Source of the DNA: Alphaproteobacteria bacterium | Lineage (GTDB): Bacteria; Pseudomonadota; Alphaproteobacteria; UBA8366; JADFVY01 | NCBI GenBank assembly: GCA_041563955.1 | Contig: JBFGQV010000001.1 | Span: 1,508-65,507, forward strand | Reading direction: 5' to 3' | DNA: 64,000 nt | Shown here: positions 47,482 to 55,532 of the stretch, in pieces | Position numbering within the stretch: position 1 is the first letter of the stretch | Layout: every line of letters starts with the position of its first letter | Position numbers and translations under genes: made by a program | Notes under the pieces: generated by a model | Database searches by the model: none | What the model saw: only the letters and a program-made list of their open reading frames with translations | What the model was told of the DNA's origin: nothing

Positions 47482-47568
47482 CCGCATGCGATCGCTCCGG
47501 CTGCATTTGCATGTTCTTAAGCAATTCGCCGGTATTCTGCCTGCACACGTGCGAATCGCGGTGCGCGT

Positions 47569-48093
47569 ATGAGCCACGACTACTGGAATCATATCGAGCC
47601 ATTCTGGGATTCCGTCAGCATCTATGATGGGCCGGAGGAGTTCCTGCTGGGGTTCACGGAAACGCCGGAACATGCGGCCCATCTGCTGGCGCTGCACTGG
47701 TGCGCCTCGGAGGTCTGCAACGGCGGATTCCACCAGTTCTTCTTCAACTCGACCGGCGTCCTCGCGCCGGAGGCCGTGGCCGGATTCAAGGCCATCGGCA
47801 TGCCGCGCACCGCCGCCGTGGTGGCCGCCGCCATGGCAAGCTTCGGCGAGCCGTACCCGCGCGACCGCGAGGAACGCCAGGACGCCCTCGATGCGCTCAC
47901 CACACAATCCCCGGCGAACGGGCAATTGCACAGCCCCTTCCAGGATCTCGACGGCCGCTTCTATGACCTTCTCGGTTGCGAGAACGGCGGCATGGAGCGG
48001 GCGGCCGAAGACTATGCCGCGCGATTCCCGGTACCCGACGGGCCGCTGCATGGGGAACGTCTGCTGAACCGGCTGCTGGCGGCCCTCAGATAG
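47569..48093 (+). CDS. DUF4375 / DMP19-like domain protein
   Basis: HWCASEVCNGGFHQFFFNSTG matches the characteristic NGGFhQFFfNS core of DUF4375 (DMP19 DNA-mimic family) as I recall it. Confidence 0.7.
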   Translation: MSHDYWNHIEPFWDSVSIYDGPEEFLLGFTETPEHAAHLLALHWCASEVCNGGFHQFFFNSTGVLAPEAVAGFKAIGMPRTAAVVAAAMASFGEPYPRDREERQDALDALTTQSPANGQLHSPFQDLDGRFYDLLGCENGGMERAAEDYAARFPVPDGPLHGERLLNRLLAALR

Positions 48094-48106
48094 GACGTTG
48101 CGGCGT

Positions 48107-48136
48107 CATGCAAAATGGCCCGCCACCGGTCTCCCG
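48107..48136. terminator. Hairpin between convergent genes (candidate bidirectional terminator)
   Basis: GGCCCGCCACCGG-tctc-CCGGTGACGGGCC forms a 13-bp stem with one mismatch. Only a weak U-run (ATTTTG) follows on the minus strand. Confidence 0.45.
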
Positions 48137-48176
48137 GTGACGGGCCACCCCGCCGGGGCCTCCCCGCCCCTGCCGC

Positions 48177-48836
48177 TCAACTCGGCATCAACTCGTCCAG
48201 ATTGTCCAGATTGTTGATGACCTGCCACTCGCCGCCGCCCTTTTCGACGCGTGCCTGCCACTGGTCAAGCCGCTTCAGGTAGATTCGCGGATCGACATTG
48301 TCGGTGCGCAGCTTGGTCACGTTCAGCGCCACGACGCGGAAGCCGTCGAGCTCGAAATTCAGACCCTTGCGCACGAAGCCCTTCTTCAACTCCTCCTGCA
48401 GGTCGGAATAGATCACGATGGTCTTGCGGCCAACGCGTTTCTCGGTCAGGAACTCGCTGCCCTGCAGGATGCCGCCGGTGATGTCGGTGTACTGGGCCGG
48501 CTTCACCGATTTGATGAAATTCGCGACCTCGGCCTGAAACAGCCGCTTCTGCTGGTTGGCCACGCTCGGCCGGTCGTCCAGCGTCACCTTGGCAATGATG
48601 TCCTTTTCGCTGAAGCTGCCGGTATCGATGCGGGCTATGGCGAAGCTGTCGCCGGGCTCGAGCCGGGTGAGGATCGCCAGGATGATCTTCTGCGCCTGCT
48701 GCAGTTCCCTCGCGTAGGTGCCCGAGGTGTCCAGTAACATGTAGTACCCCTGCGCACCCGTATTGGTGTCACCGCAGCCGGCGAGGCCGACCGCCATGGC
48801 CAGCGCGACGGCCATTCTGGACAACGGTTTCAACAT
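48177..48836 (-). CDS. vWA-like lipoprotein
   Basis: ATG 48836 sits 7 nt after AAGGAGG and overlaps the upstream TGA (TGATG). Lipobox LAGC. MIDAS-like LLDTSGT, then TDITGG and IVIYSDLQEE in vWA order. About 60% G+C by hand count of 48181-48360. Confidence 0.7.
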   Translation of the reverse strand: MLKPLSRMAVALAMAVGLAGCGDTNTGAQGYYMLLDTSGTYARELQQAQKIILAILTRLEPGDSFAIARIDTGSFSEKDIIAKVTLDDRPSVANQQKRLFQAEVANFIKSVKPAQYTDITGGILQGSEFLTEKRVGRKTIVIYSDLQEELKKGFVRKGLNFELDGFRVVALNVTKLRTDNVDPRIYLKRLDQWQARVEKGGGEWQVINNLDNLDELMPS

Positions 48837-50302
48837 CACAGCACCTCCTTGCTGAGGGTCGGCCGCGGCTCGCGGCGGCGGGTGTTGCCGTCGGACGAGC
48901 CGGATCTGCGGGCCATCCTGACCAACCCATCGAATGCGACACCGACGACGGCGAGGACGTCATACAGATGGACCAGCATCAGGCCGAGATGCCGCACCAC
49001 GCTGCCGATCACGCGCAGAAGGGCCGCCATGCCGCGCATGCCGGCTGCCGTCGCGGTCCCGAACACGCTGCGCCCGGTGTGGAAGAAGGTCTCCAGCGGG
49101 ATCGCGACCACCGCCAGCACGAAGGGCAGGAAGAAGCCCAGGCCCATTTGCGCCGCCGTGGTGATCCACCGGAACGAGGCGCTGGCTGCGGCGGTCGTTG
49201 CCTCGTCGCCGCGCAGGAAGGCGTTGGTCGCCTGCTCGTCCTGCACCAGAATCTCGCGCATCAGGGCGAGACCCGATTCGATGGACGCCAGGACGGTCAG
49301 CAGGAACAACAGGAACCAGGCCATTTTGATCCGGGTGGAATCCTTCAACGCGCCGATTACCGGGAACAGGTTGGTGATGCGCAGCGATTCCATCAGGAAC
49401 ACGCCGGTGAACACCTCCAGCAGGATGATGACCAAGGCGCCGACTTCCGACACCCGGAGCCCGCCGACGATGGCATTGCCGCCGACCATCTCGGCCATCG
49501 GCCGGGCGATCAGGCGGAAATTGATGCCGGCGCCGAACGCGGCGATGGTCAGCACCAGCGCCGAGATCATGAAATAGGTGAAGGCCGAGGTCGATAGCGC
49601 GCGTTGCGCCTGGTCGGTCTTCTTCAGAATCCCTTCGTACTCGGTCATGTGGCGGTCGATGACCTTGGACTTCTCGAGCAGCGCGGTGACGTTCTTGTCG
49701 CTCAGGCCCAGCGTCGTCTCAAGCTTGCGGACATGCGGCATCATGGATGTGAGGAATTTGTGCCGCGTCTGGGTCGCCTTGCGGTATTCGTCGGTGGCCG
49801 CGGCGTGCGCCTTGACCAGCGAGGAGTGGATGACCTCGAGGATCTTGGCCACCATCGGGTCGCCCTTGGAGTTGATGTTGGCGACCGCCTTGACCGCGTC
49901 GACCCAGCCCGGCGGCGACGGCGGCACGTCGGTGCTCTCCTGGTGGTCTTCCTCGATCTTGGTGATGCGCTCGCTGATCCGGCGGTACAGCGCCGGGGTA
50001 TCGGCAAGATCGCGCCGCACCGCGTTCTCGATGCGCTCGAACTCACGCTCGATGACGCGTTCCTTTTGTTCGCGGCCATGCGACAGCAGGACCTCGCGAT
50101 TGCGCAGTGCGAAGTTCTGCTCGGCGCGGCGGATCGACTGGGCGGCGATCCGGAAGCCGCGATAGATGGCCCGGGTCAGCGACAGGATCGCCATGTGCGC
50201 CGGCTGCCGCGCGAGATAGAGCAGCGCCGACAGCAGCACGAACCACAGGATGCCGGAAAGCAGCGGGTTCGGCAGGATTAGAAAGGCTTTTTCGAACGGC
50301 AT
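48836..50302 (-). CDS. Hypothetical membrane protein (N-terminal TM, ~200-aa coiled-coil-like region, C-terminal multi-TM block)
   Basis: ATG 50302 after AGGAG. 488 aa. Charged helical region (REQKERVIEREFERIENAVRRD...). At least 5 C-terminal TM helices. Family not recognised. Confidence 0.7.
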   Translation of the reverse strand: MPFEKAFLILPNPLLSGILWFVLLSALLYLARQPAHMAILSLTRAIYRGFRIAAQSIRRAEQNFALRNREVLLSHGREQKERVIEREFERIENAVRRDLADTPALYRRISERITKIEEDHQESTDVPPSPPGWVDAVKAVANINSKGDPMVAKILEVIHSSLVKAHAAATDEYRKATQTRHKFLTSMMPHVRKLETTLGLSDKNVTALLEKSKVIDRHMTEYEGILKKTDQAQRALSTSAFTYFMISALVLTIAAFGAGINFRLIARPMAEMVGGNAIVGGLRVSEVGALVIILLEVFTGVFLMESLRITNLFPVIGALKDSTRIKMAWFLLFLLTVLASIESGLALMREILVQDEQATNAFLRGDEATTAAASASFRWITTAAQMGLGFFLPFVLAVVAIPLETFFHTGRSVFGTATAAGMRGMAALLRVIGSVVRHLGLMLVHLYDVLAVVGVAFDGLVRMARRSGSSDGNTRRREPRPTLSKEVL

Positions 50303-50360
50303 GGATTTCTCCTTTCATGGCTCTAACCCGATCAGGGGGAGGCCAATTTGGGCAGTATCT

Positions 50361-50520
50361 TACAATTTTACCAAAATATTGTTCAAGTTAATGAAAAGTT
50401 AATTCACAAAAAATCACAATTCAGAAACTTTTCGTTAACCATAAAATCATATGTCTGTTAATAATAATTATTTATTCTCATGATGTGATCATTTCTTATA
50501 CTTAAAAAATTCTGTAGGAT
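50361..50520. promoter_or_regulatory. Extreme AT-rich divergent promoter island
   Basis: Hand count gives 35 G+C in 160 nt (~22%). Contains TTAA-tgaaaag-TTAA (50388..50402) and TCACAA repeated at 50404 and 50414. Also an ATGAT-gtg-ATCAT palindrome at 50480..50492. Confidence 0.5.
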
Positions 50521-50573
50521 TGCTTAACGCCATGCCCGAATTTTCCATTGTGTGCCGCTGGCGGCGGGTGGTC

Positions 50574-50601
50574 TTGCGCATGCCGTAGCGGCACCTATAA
50601 T
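50574..50601 (+). promoter_or_regulatory. Candidate sigma70-type promoter of purEK
   Basis: TTGCGC-N16-TATAAT, with the -10 element ending ~48 nt before the purE ATG. Confidence 0.4.
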
Positions 50602-50648
50602 GCGCGGCCTCTGTATCAGTGCTTCGCGTCAAAAATGAGGCCGGACAC

Positions 50649-51140
50649 ATGGCTGAGTCACCGCTCGTCGGCATCATCATGGGCAGCCAATCCGACTGGG
50701 AGACCATGCGCCACGCCGCGGAGACGCTGGCCGCGCTCGGCATCGCCCACGAAACGCGGATCGTCTCGGCCCACCGCACGCCGAAGCGCATGAGCGAATA
50801 TGCCGAAGGGGCCGCGGCGCGCGGCCTCAAGGTGATCATCGCCGGGGCCGGCGGCGCCGCGCATCTGCCGGGCATGGTGGCCTCGATGACGGCGCTGCCG
50901 GTGTTCGGCGTGCCGATCGAGAGCAAGGCGCTGAAAGGCCTGGACAGCTTGCTGTCGATCGTGCAGATGCCGGGCGGCGTGCCGGTCGGCACACTGGCGA
51001 TCGGCAAGGCCGGCGCCATCAACGCGGCGCTGCTGGCGGCCGCCGTCGTGGCGCTGCAGGACGAGGCCGCTTCGGCCGCGCTGGCGGAATGGCGGCGCAA
51101 CCAGACGGACTCCGTGGCTCAAGAGCCAAAGGATGAGTAA
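50649..51140 (+). CDS. purE: 5-(carboxyamino)imidazole ribonucleotide mutase
   Basis: ATG 50649 ([20 protein letters not shown]). [16 protein letters not shown] and VPVGTLAIG are canonical PurE motifs. Confidence 0.95.
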   Translation: MAESPLVGIIMGSQSDWETMRHAAETLAALGIAHETRIVSAHRTPKRMSEYAEGAAARGLKVIIAGAGGAAHLPGMVASMTALPVFGVPIESKALKGLDSLLSIVQMPGGVPVGTLAIGKAGAINAALLAAAVVALQDEAASAALAEWRRNQTDSVAQEPKDE

Positions 51141-52218
51141 GCGACTGCCGCCCAACTCGGTGATCGGCATCTTCGGCGGCGGCCAGCTCGGCCGTATGAC
51201 GGCGCTGGCGGCGGCGCGGCTGGGCTACCGGTGCCACATCTTCGCGCCCGAGGTCGATCTCCCGGCCGCCCAGGTGTCCGCCGCGATGACCCGCGCGCCC
51301 TACGACGATGCCGCGGCGCTCGAGGCGTTCGCCCGCGCCGTCGGTGTGGTGACGCTCGAGTTCGAGAACATCCCGGTCGAGGCCGTGCGGCGGGTGAACG
51401 AGATCACGGCGGTGCACCCGGGCGCCGAGGTGCTCGAGATCTGTCAGGACCGGCTGCGCGAGAAGGCGTTTCTGGAGCGCATTGGCGTCGCCACCGCGCC
51501 CTGGGCGGAGGTCTCGGATCCCGCCGGGTTCGGCGCGGCCGACGCGGCGATCGGTAGGCCCGCAATTCTCAAGAGCGCGCGCTTCGGCTACGACGGAAAG
51601 GGCCAGGCGGCGCTGGGCGACGGCGACGACCTGGCGACGGCGCTGAAGGCGGCGGGCGCAAGGCGCTGCATCCTCGAGGGTTTCATCGATTTCCGCTGCG
51701 AGATCTCGGTCATCGTGGCGCGCGGCGCGGATGGCGCCATGGCCAGCTGGCCCGCGGTCGAGAACCGGCACGTCCGCCACATCCTCGATACCACGATCGC
51801 CCCGGCGCCGGTGGCGCCGGCGGTGGCGGCGCGGGCGGAGGAGATCGCCCGCCATATCGCCGCCGAGATCGGCCTCATCGGGGTGATGGGCGTCGAGATG
51901 TTCGTCACCCGGCAAGACGATGTCCTGGTCAATGAATTGGCGTCGCGGCCCCACAATTCGGGCCACTGGACCATCGATGCGTGCGATACCAGCCAGTTCG
52001 AGCAACTGGTCCGTATCGTCTGCGGGCTGCCGCTGGGCGCGACCACGCATCATTCCGACGCGGTGATGAAGAACCTGGTCGGCGACGAGGTCGACGCCTG
52101 GCCGCAGATCCTGGCGGAGCCGGGTGCCCGGCTGCACCTCTACGGCAAGGCCGAGACCCGGCCCGGCCGCAAGATGGGCCACGTGACGCGCCTCAAGCCG
52201 CGCAGTGGCCTCGAATAG
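51133..52218 (+). CDS. purK: 5-(carboxyamino)imidazole ribonucleotide synthase (N5-CAIR synthetase)
   Basis: Overlaps the purE stop by 8 nt. [15 protein letters not shown]-grasp core, [10 protein letters not shown]. Confidence 0.95.
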   Translation: MSKRLPPNSVIGIFGGGQLGRMTALAAARLGYRCHIFAPEVDLPAAQVSAAMTRAPYDDAAALEAFARAVGVVTLEFENIPVEAVRRVNEITAVHPGAEVLEICQDRLREKAFLERIGVATAPWAEVSDPAGFGAADAAIGRPAILKSARFGYDGKGQAALGDGDDLATALKAAGARRCILEGFIDFRCEISVIVARGADGAMASWPAVENRHVRHILDTTIAPAPVAPAVAARAEEIARHIAAEIGLIGVMGVEMFVTRQDDVLVNELASRPHNSGHWTIDACDTSQFEQLVRIVCGLPLGATTHHSDAVMKNLVGDEVDAWPQILAEPGARLHLYGKAETRPGRKMGHVTRLKPRSGLE

Positions 52219-52233
52219 GACGTGATCAGCCGG

Positions 52234-52869
52234 TCAGCGCCGGTACAGACGATAAGGTCGCGGGAACCCCTTGAAGCGCTCCTTCAGCTTGCCGGTCGCC
52301 TTGCCGATCCGGCCGACGTCGGCCAACCGGCGGTCGAGGAACTCCCAGGTTTCCGCGCGCCCCTCCGAGGTATCGTTGAGCCAGCACAGCACCGTCGCGC
52401 CGAGCACGCCGGCCAGCAGGCCGCGCTTGCTGTACCAGTTCCAGTCGGTGGCGGTGTCGCCCGCGGCATGCCAGATCGCATCGACGGTCCGGTGCATGAG
52501 CCTGGCCCCGAGCAACGCGTTCTGGGGCATGGCAAGAAAGGCAAGCGTGCGCCGGATCGCCTCGCGGTGCGGTTCCGCCTGTTCGAGGCGCAGGCGCACG
52601 GCGCTGCGCACCCGCGCGGTCACGCCCATCGACTCGAGGTCCATGCGCTCCAGCGCCGCGAGCATGCGGCGGTCAGACATCGCGCTGAATTGCGCCACCA
52701 TGTCGTGACCGCCGCCGGGGAACGCTCGCATGGCATCGGCCATGTCGACGCCGATATCCGCCGCGCCGTGGCGCAGCGCCGTCGTCGTCCAGCCGTCGAA
52801 CGACACGTGCGGCAGCGCGGCCTCGATCAGGGCGTCGCGCAGCTTGGCCATTGCCTCGGCGTCTGTCAT
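52234..52869 (-). CDS. COQ9-family protein (the rpsU-divergently-transcribed protein of alphaproteobacteria)
   Basis: ATG 52869 overlaps the def TGA (ATGA). 211 aa (MTDAEAMAKLRDALIEAALPHVSFDGWT...). The rest of track ORF 52234..53610 is out-of-frame shadow over def. Confidence 0.75.
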   Translation of the reverse strand: MTDAEAMAKLRDALIEAALPHVSFDGWTTTALRHGAADIGVDMADAMRAFPGGGHDMVAQFSAMSDRRMLAALERMDLESMGVTARVRSAVRLRLEQAEPHREAIRRTLAFLAMPQNALLGARLMHRTVDAIWHAAGDTATDWNWYSKRGLLAGVLGATVLCWLNDTSEGRAETWEFLDRRLADVGRIGKATGKLKERFKGFPRPYRLYRR

Positions 52870-53435
52870 ACCGCCTCCACGTCCGGCTCCGCCGACCCGC
52901 GCATCGCCTCGGGGACGCCGTGCCGCAGTTCCTCCTGGAACAGCAACAGCGAGAGATCCGTCATGCGCTGCGGATAGAGGAGTCCGTCCAGATGGTCGCA
53001 CTCGTGCTGGACGACGCGGGCGTGGAATCCCTCCGCCTCGCGCTCGATCCGGCCGCCATCCGGCCCGAAGCCGGCGTAGCGGATCTTCGTGAAGCGCGGG
53101 ACCGCCCCCACCAGCCCCGGCACCGAGAGGCACCCCTCCCAGCCCAGCGCGGTCTCCTCGGTCAGCGGTTCGATTTCGGGGTTGATCAGCACGGTCAGTG
53201 GCTGCGGCGCGGCTGCGCCCTCGTCGGCGGCACGGTCTTCCGGCACGTGGAAGATCACCACGCGGAGCGGCACATGCACTTGCGGCGCGGCCAGCCCGGC
53301 GCCGTTGGCGTCGTGCATGGTCTCGACCATATTGCGGATCAACGCCCGGATCTGGGGCGCGGCGGGATCGTCGACCGGTTTCGCCGCCTGCCGCAGCACC
53401 GGATGCCCCATGCGGGCGATCTTCAGAATTGCCAT
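52866..53435 (-). CDS. def: Peptide deformylase
   Basis: GAGLAAPQV, EGCLSVPG and HECDHLDG are the three Def motifs. ATG 53435 (MAILKIARMGHPVL) is preferred over TTG 53444. Confidence 0.9.
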   Translation of the reverse strand: MAILKIARMGHPVLRQAAKPVDDPAAPQIRALIRNMVETMHDANGAGLAAPQVHVPLRVVIFHVPEDRAADEGAAAPQPLTVLINPEIEPLTEETALGWEGCLSVPGLVGAVPRFTKIRYAGFGPDGGRIEREAEGFHARVVQHECDHLDGLLYPQRMTDLSLLLFQEELRHGVPEAMRGSAEPDVEAV

Positions 53436-53525
53436 GGACGGCAATATGGGTCGTGGGGCTGGCCGCGTAAAGCCTCAAACCCGGGGCGAAACGACCGGAT
53501 TCTTGCCGTTTCGACGTTTCCCGCC

Positions 53526-53553
53526 CTTCACAAGCCTGATGTGCTATGATATA
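53526..53553 (+). promoter_or_regulatory. Candidate promoter of rpsU
   Basis: CTTCAC-N16-GATATA resembles the alphaproteobacterial CTTGAC-N17-CTATAT consensus. It lies ~80 nt before the GTG start. Confidence 0.3.
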
Positions 53554-53630
53554 CACCGCTGCCCGCTGGTCCGGACCGCCGGATTGGCGTGGCTGGTATG
53601 TGCCGTGCAACTGTGAAAGGTAAGCTGAAC

Positions 53631-53834
53631 GTGCAGGTCACCGTACGCGACAACAACGTCGAACAAGCCTTGAGGGCGCTCAAGAAGAAGATGCAGCGCG
53701 AGGGCATCTTCCGTGAGATGAAGCTGCGCCGGGCCTATGAGAAGCCCTCCGAGCGCAAGGCGCGCGAAAAGGCGGAGGCGATCCGCCGGCACCGGAAACT
53801 GCTGCGCAAGCGCAAACAGCGCGAAGGTTATTAG
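53631..53834 (+). CDS. rpsU: 30S ribosomal protein S21
   Basis: GTG 53631 after [47 protein letters not shown] is near-canonical S21. The track ORF starts 42 nt early. Confidence 0.95.
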   Translation: MQVTVRDNNVEQALRALKKKMQREGIFREMKLRRAYEKPSERKAREKAEAIRRHRKLLRKRKQREGY

Positions 53835-53871
53835 GACCGACGTGACGTCACCACCGCACGGCCGATCATAA

Positions 53872-53906
53872 GCGCCCCCGACGAAGGTCCGGCGGGCGTT
53901 TTTGTT
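53872..53906 (+). terminator. Rho-independent terminator after rpsU
   Basis: CGCCC(CCG)-loop-(CGG)cGGGCG stem with a 1-nt bulge, followed by TTTTTGTTT. Confidence 0.5.
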
Positions 53907-53929
53907 TGGACGGGCAGAGGAGGTTCGAG

Positions 53930-54364
53930 ATGGCCACCAGGCGGGTCGGCACGCCATGGATGCCGGCCGATGCGTTCGGCCGCTCGCTGCGGGGTTTCGG
54001 CGTCAACCTGCTGGTCCGGGATATCGATGCCGCCGTCGCCTTCGCAGCCCGCGTGCTCGGCGCCGCCGTTGTTTACAGCGATGCGGATTTCGCGTTGCTG
54101 CGTCAGGGCGGTGCCGAGTGGCTGCTGCACGCCGACCATACCTACGAAGACAATCCGCTGCACGGCTTCGTGGCGGGCGATTCCGGGCGCGGCACCGGCG
54201 TCGAGCTGCGGCTCTACGACTGCGACCCCGATGCGGCCGAGGCAGCGGCCCGCGCCGAGGGCCATATCGTGCTGGCCGGCGCCGCCGACAAACCGCACGG
54301 CCTGCGCGAGGCCTATCTGCTGGACCCCGACGGATACTGCTGGGTTCCGAGCCGGCGCCTGTAG
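53930..54364 (+). CDS. VOC-family (glyoxalase/bleomycin-resistance fold) protein
   Basis: ATG 53930 after GAGGAGG. FGVNLLVRDIDAAVAFAARVLGA...GLREAYLLDPDGYCWV is typical of VOC beta-alpha-beta modules. Confidence 0.75.
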   Translation: MATRRVGTPWMPADAFGRSLRGFGVNLLVRDIDAAVAFAARVLGAAVVYSDADFALLRQGGAEWLLHADHTYEDNPLHGFVAGDSGRGTGVELRLYDCDPDAAEAAARAEGHIVLAGAADKPHGLREAYLLDPDGYCWVPSRRL

Positions 54365-54380
54365 CCGAACAAAGCGGCAT

Positions 54381-54396
54381 TTAACGCATTGTTAAA
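54381..54396. promoter_or_regulatory. CtrA-type box (TTAA-N7-TTAA) upstream of cassette B
   Basis: TTAAcgcattgTTAAa, 212 nt upstream of ATG 54593. Matches 8 of the 9 specified positions of TTAA-N7-TTAAC. Confidence 0.4.
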
Positions 54397-54592
54397 TCAA
54401 CTTCCCCAGAATTCACCGAATAAACAAGGCAAATCGGGGACCAATCTGGCCAGGTTTTGCTGTTCCCGGCCCATGAGGTGAACTGGAGGGTTGCCGATCG
54501 GCACGTTCTGCCGAGCCGGTGGCATGCGAATTGCTTGACCGGCGTTAGAGACCGTCCGACCGACCGACCGGCCCAACATAGAGGGAATAGAG

Positions 54593-55462
54593 ATGCATAC
54601 GCTTTTTGGACAAAAACACTTGGTTTCAGCTGCCGTAATCCTCGGCTTCACGACCTTTACGGCAATTCCGGCCGCAGCGCAGACGAGCGTCCGGGCCACC
54701 AGCCTCGGCGCTGCGGTGCAGGTTGATGGCGATCCGTCCGACTGGGATGGCGTTCCTTCCTACAACATCGGTCTGACCGGGCGCGGTGGCGTCGATTCGG
54801 TCGAGATGCGTTTCGGCATCCGTGGCGATACCGTCTACGTGCTCGCAATTTGGGACGACCCCACCGAAAGCCGGTTGCACAAGCCGTATGAGTGGCGCGA
54901 GGAGTCGCAATCATACCGGCGCACCAATCGGCTCGAGGATCGTTTTGCAATGAATTTCCTGATGTCCGGCGAGTTCTCCAACAGCAAGCTGTCCGGCAAT
55001 GAATTCACCGCCGACGTCTGGCACTGGAAGGCCTCGCGTTCGGATCCGGCGGGTATTGCCCACGACAAGAGCTGGCGCGTCTCGCGCAGTGAGTTCCCGG
55101 GCGCCAAACCGTTCCAGACGGCAGACGGACAGACCGTCTATCTCGCCCGGCCCAGCGACGCCGGCGACCGCCTGTACCGGCCGATCAAGCATACCGAAAA
55201 GCAGGACGACGTGATGCCGCGCTACGAGGTCAACCTGTCGCCATCCGGCAGCGTCGCCGACATCCGCGCGAAGGGCGTCTGGCGCGACGGGCGCTGGTAT
55301 CTGGAGATGGCGCGCCGTCTCGACACCGGCCATGCGGACGACGTGGTGATCCCCGCCTCCGGCCGGATCCCGTTCGCGGTGGCCGCGTTCAACGACGTCG
55401 ACAGCGGGGACCACAGCGTCTCCGAGGTCCTTTACCTGCAGACCGGAAACTACGCCAATTGA
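54593..55462 (+). CDS. Secreted EB_dh/DOMON-like putative haem-b-binding protein, paralog B
   Basis: GAGGGA 8 nt upstream. Signal peptide ...FTAIPAAAQ. VDGDPSDW, IWDDPTESRLHKPYEW, ADVWHWKASRSDPAGIAHDKSWRVS, GVWRDGRWYLEMARRLDTGHADD, FAVAAFNDVDSGDHSVS. 289 aa, collinear with paralog C. Confidence 0.85.
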   Translation: MHTLFGQKHLVSAAVILGFTTFTAIPAAAQTSVRATSLGAAVQVDGDPSDWDGVPSYNIGLTGRGGVDSVEMRFGIRGDTVYVLAIWDDPTESRLHKPYEWREESQSYRRTNRLEDRFAMNFLMSGEFSNSKLSGNEFTADVWHWKASRSDPAGIAHDKSWRVSRSEFPGAKPFQTADGQTVYLARPSDAGDRLYRPIKHTEKQDDVMPRYEVNLSPSGSVADIRAKGVWRDGRWYLEMARRLDTGHADDVVIPASGRIPFAVAAFNDVDSGDHSVSEVLYLQTGNYAN

Positions 55463-55532
55463 CGCGGGACACGGCGCCGTGGCGGCCGTTGCATCGGGCG
55501 GCCGCCGCGGCAACGTGCGCCGGAGCACTGCG

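Noticed and set aside
46231-48051. 606-aa minus-strand ORF
   Set aside because: Antisense shadow across the ABC1 kinase and DUF4375 genes, both of which have clear family motifs. No recognisable domains.
52870-53610. Upstream part of the 458-aa minus ORF 52234..53610
   Set aside because: Out-of-frame overlap of def, whose three catalytic motifs are in the other frame. The COQ9-like gene starts at 52869.
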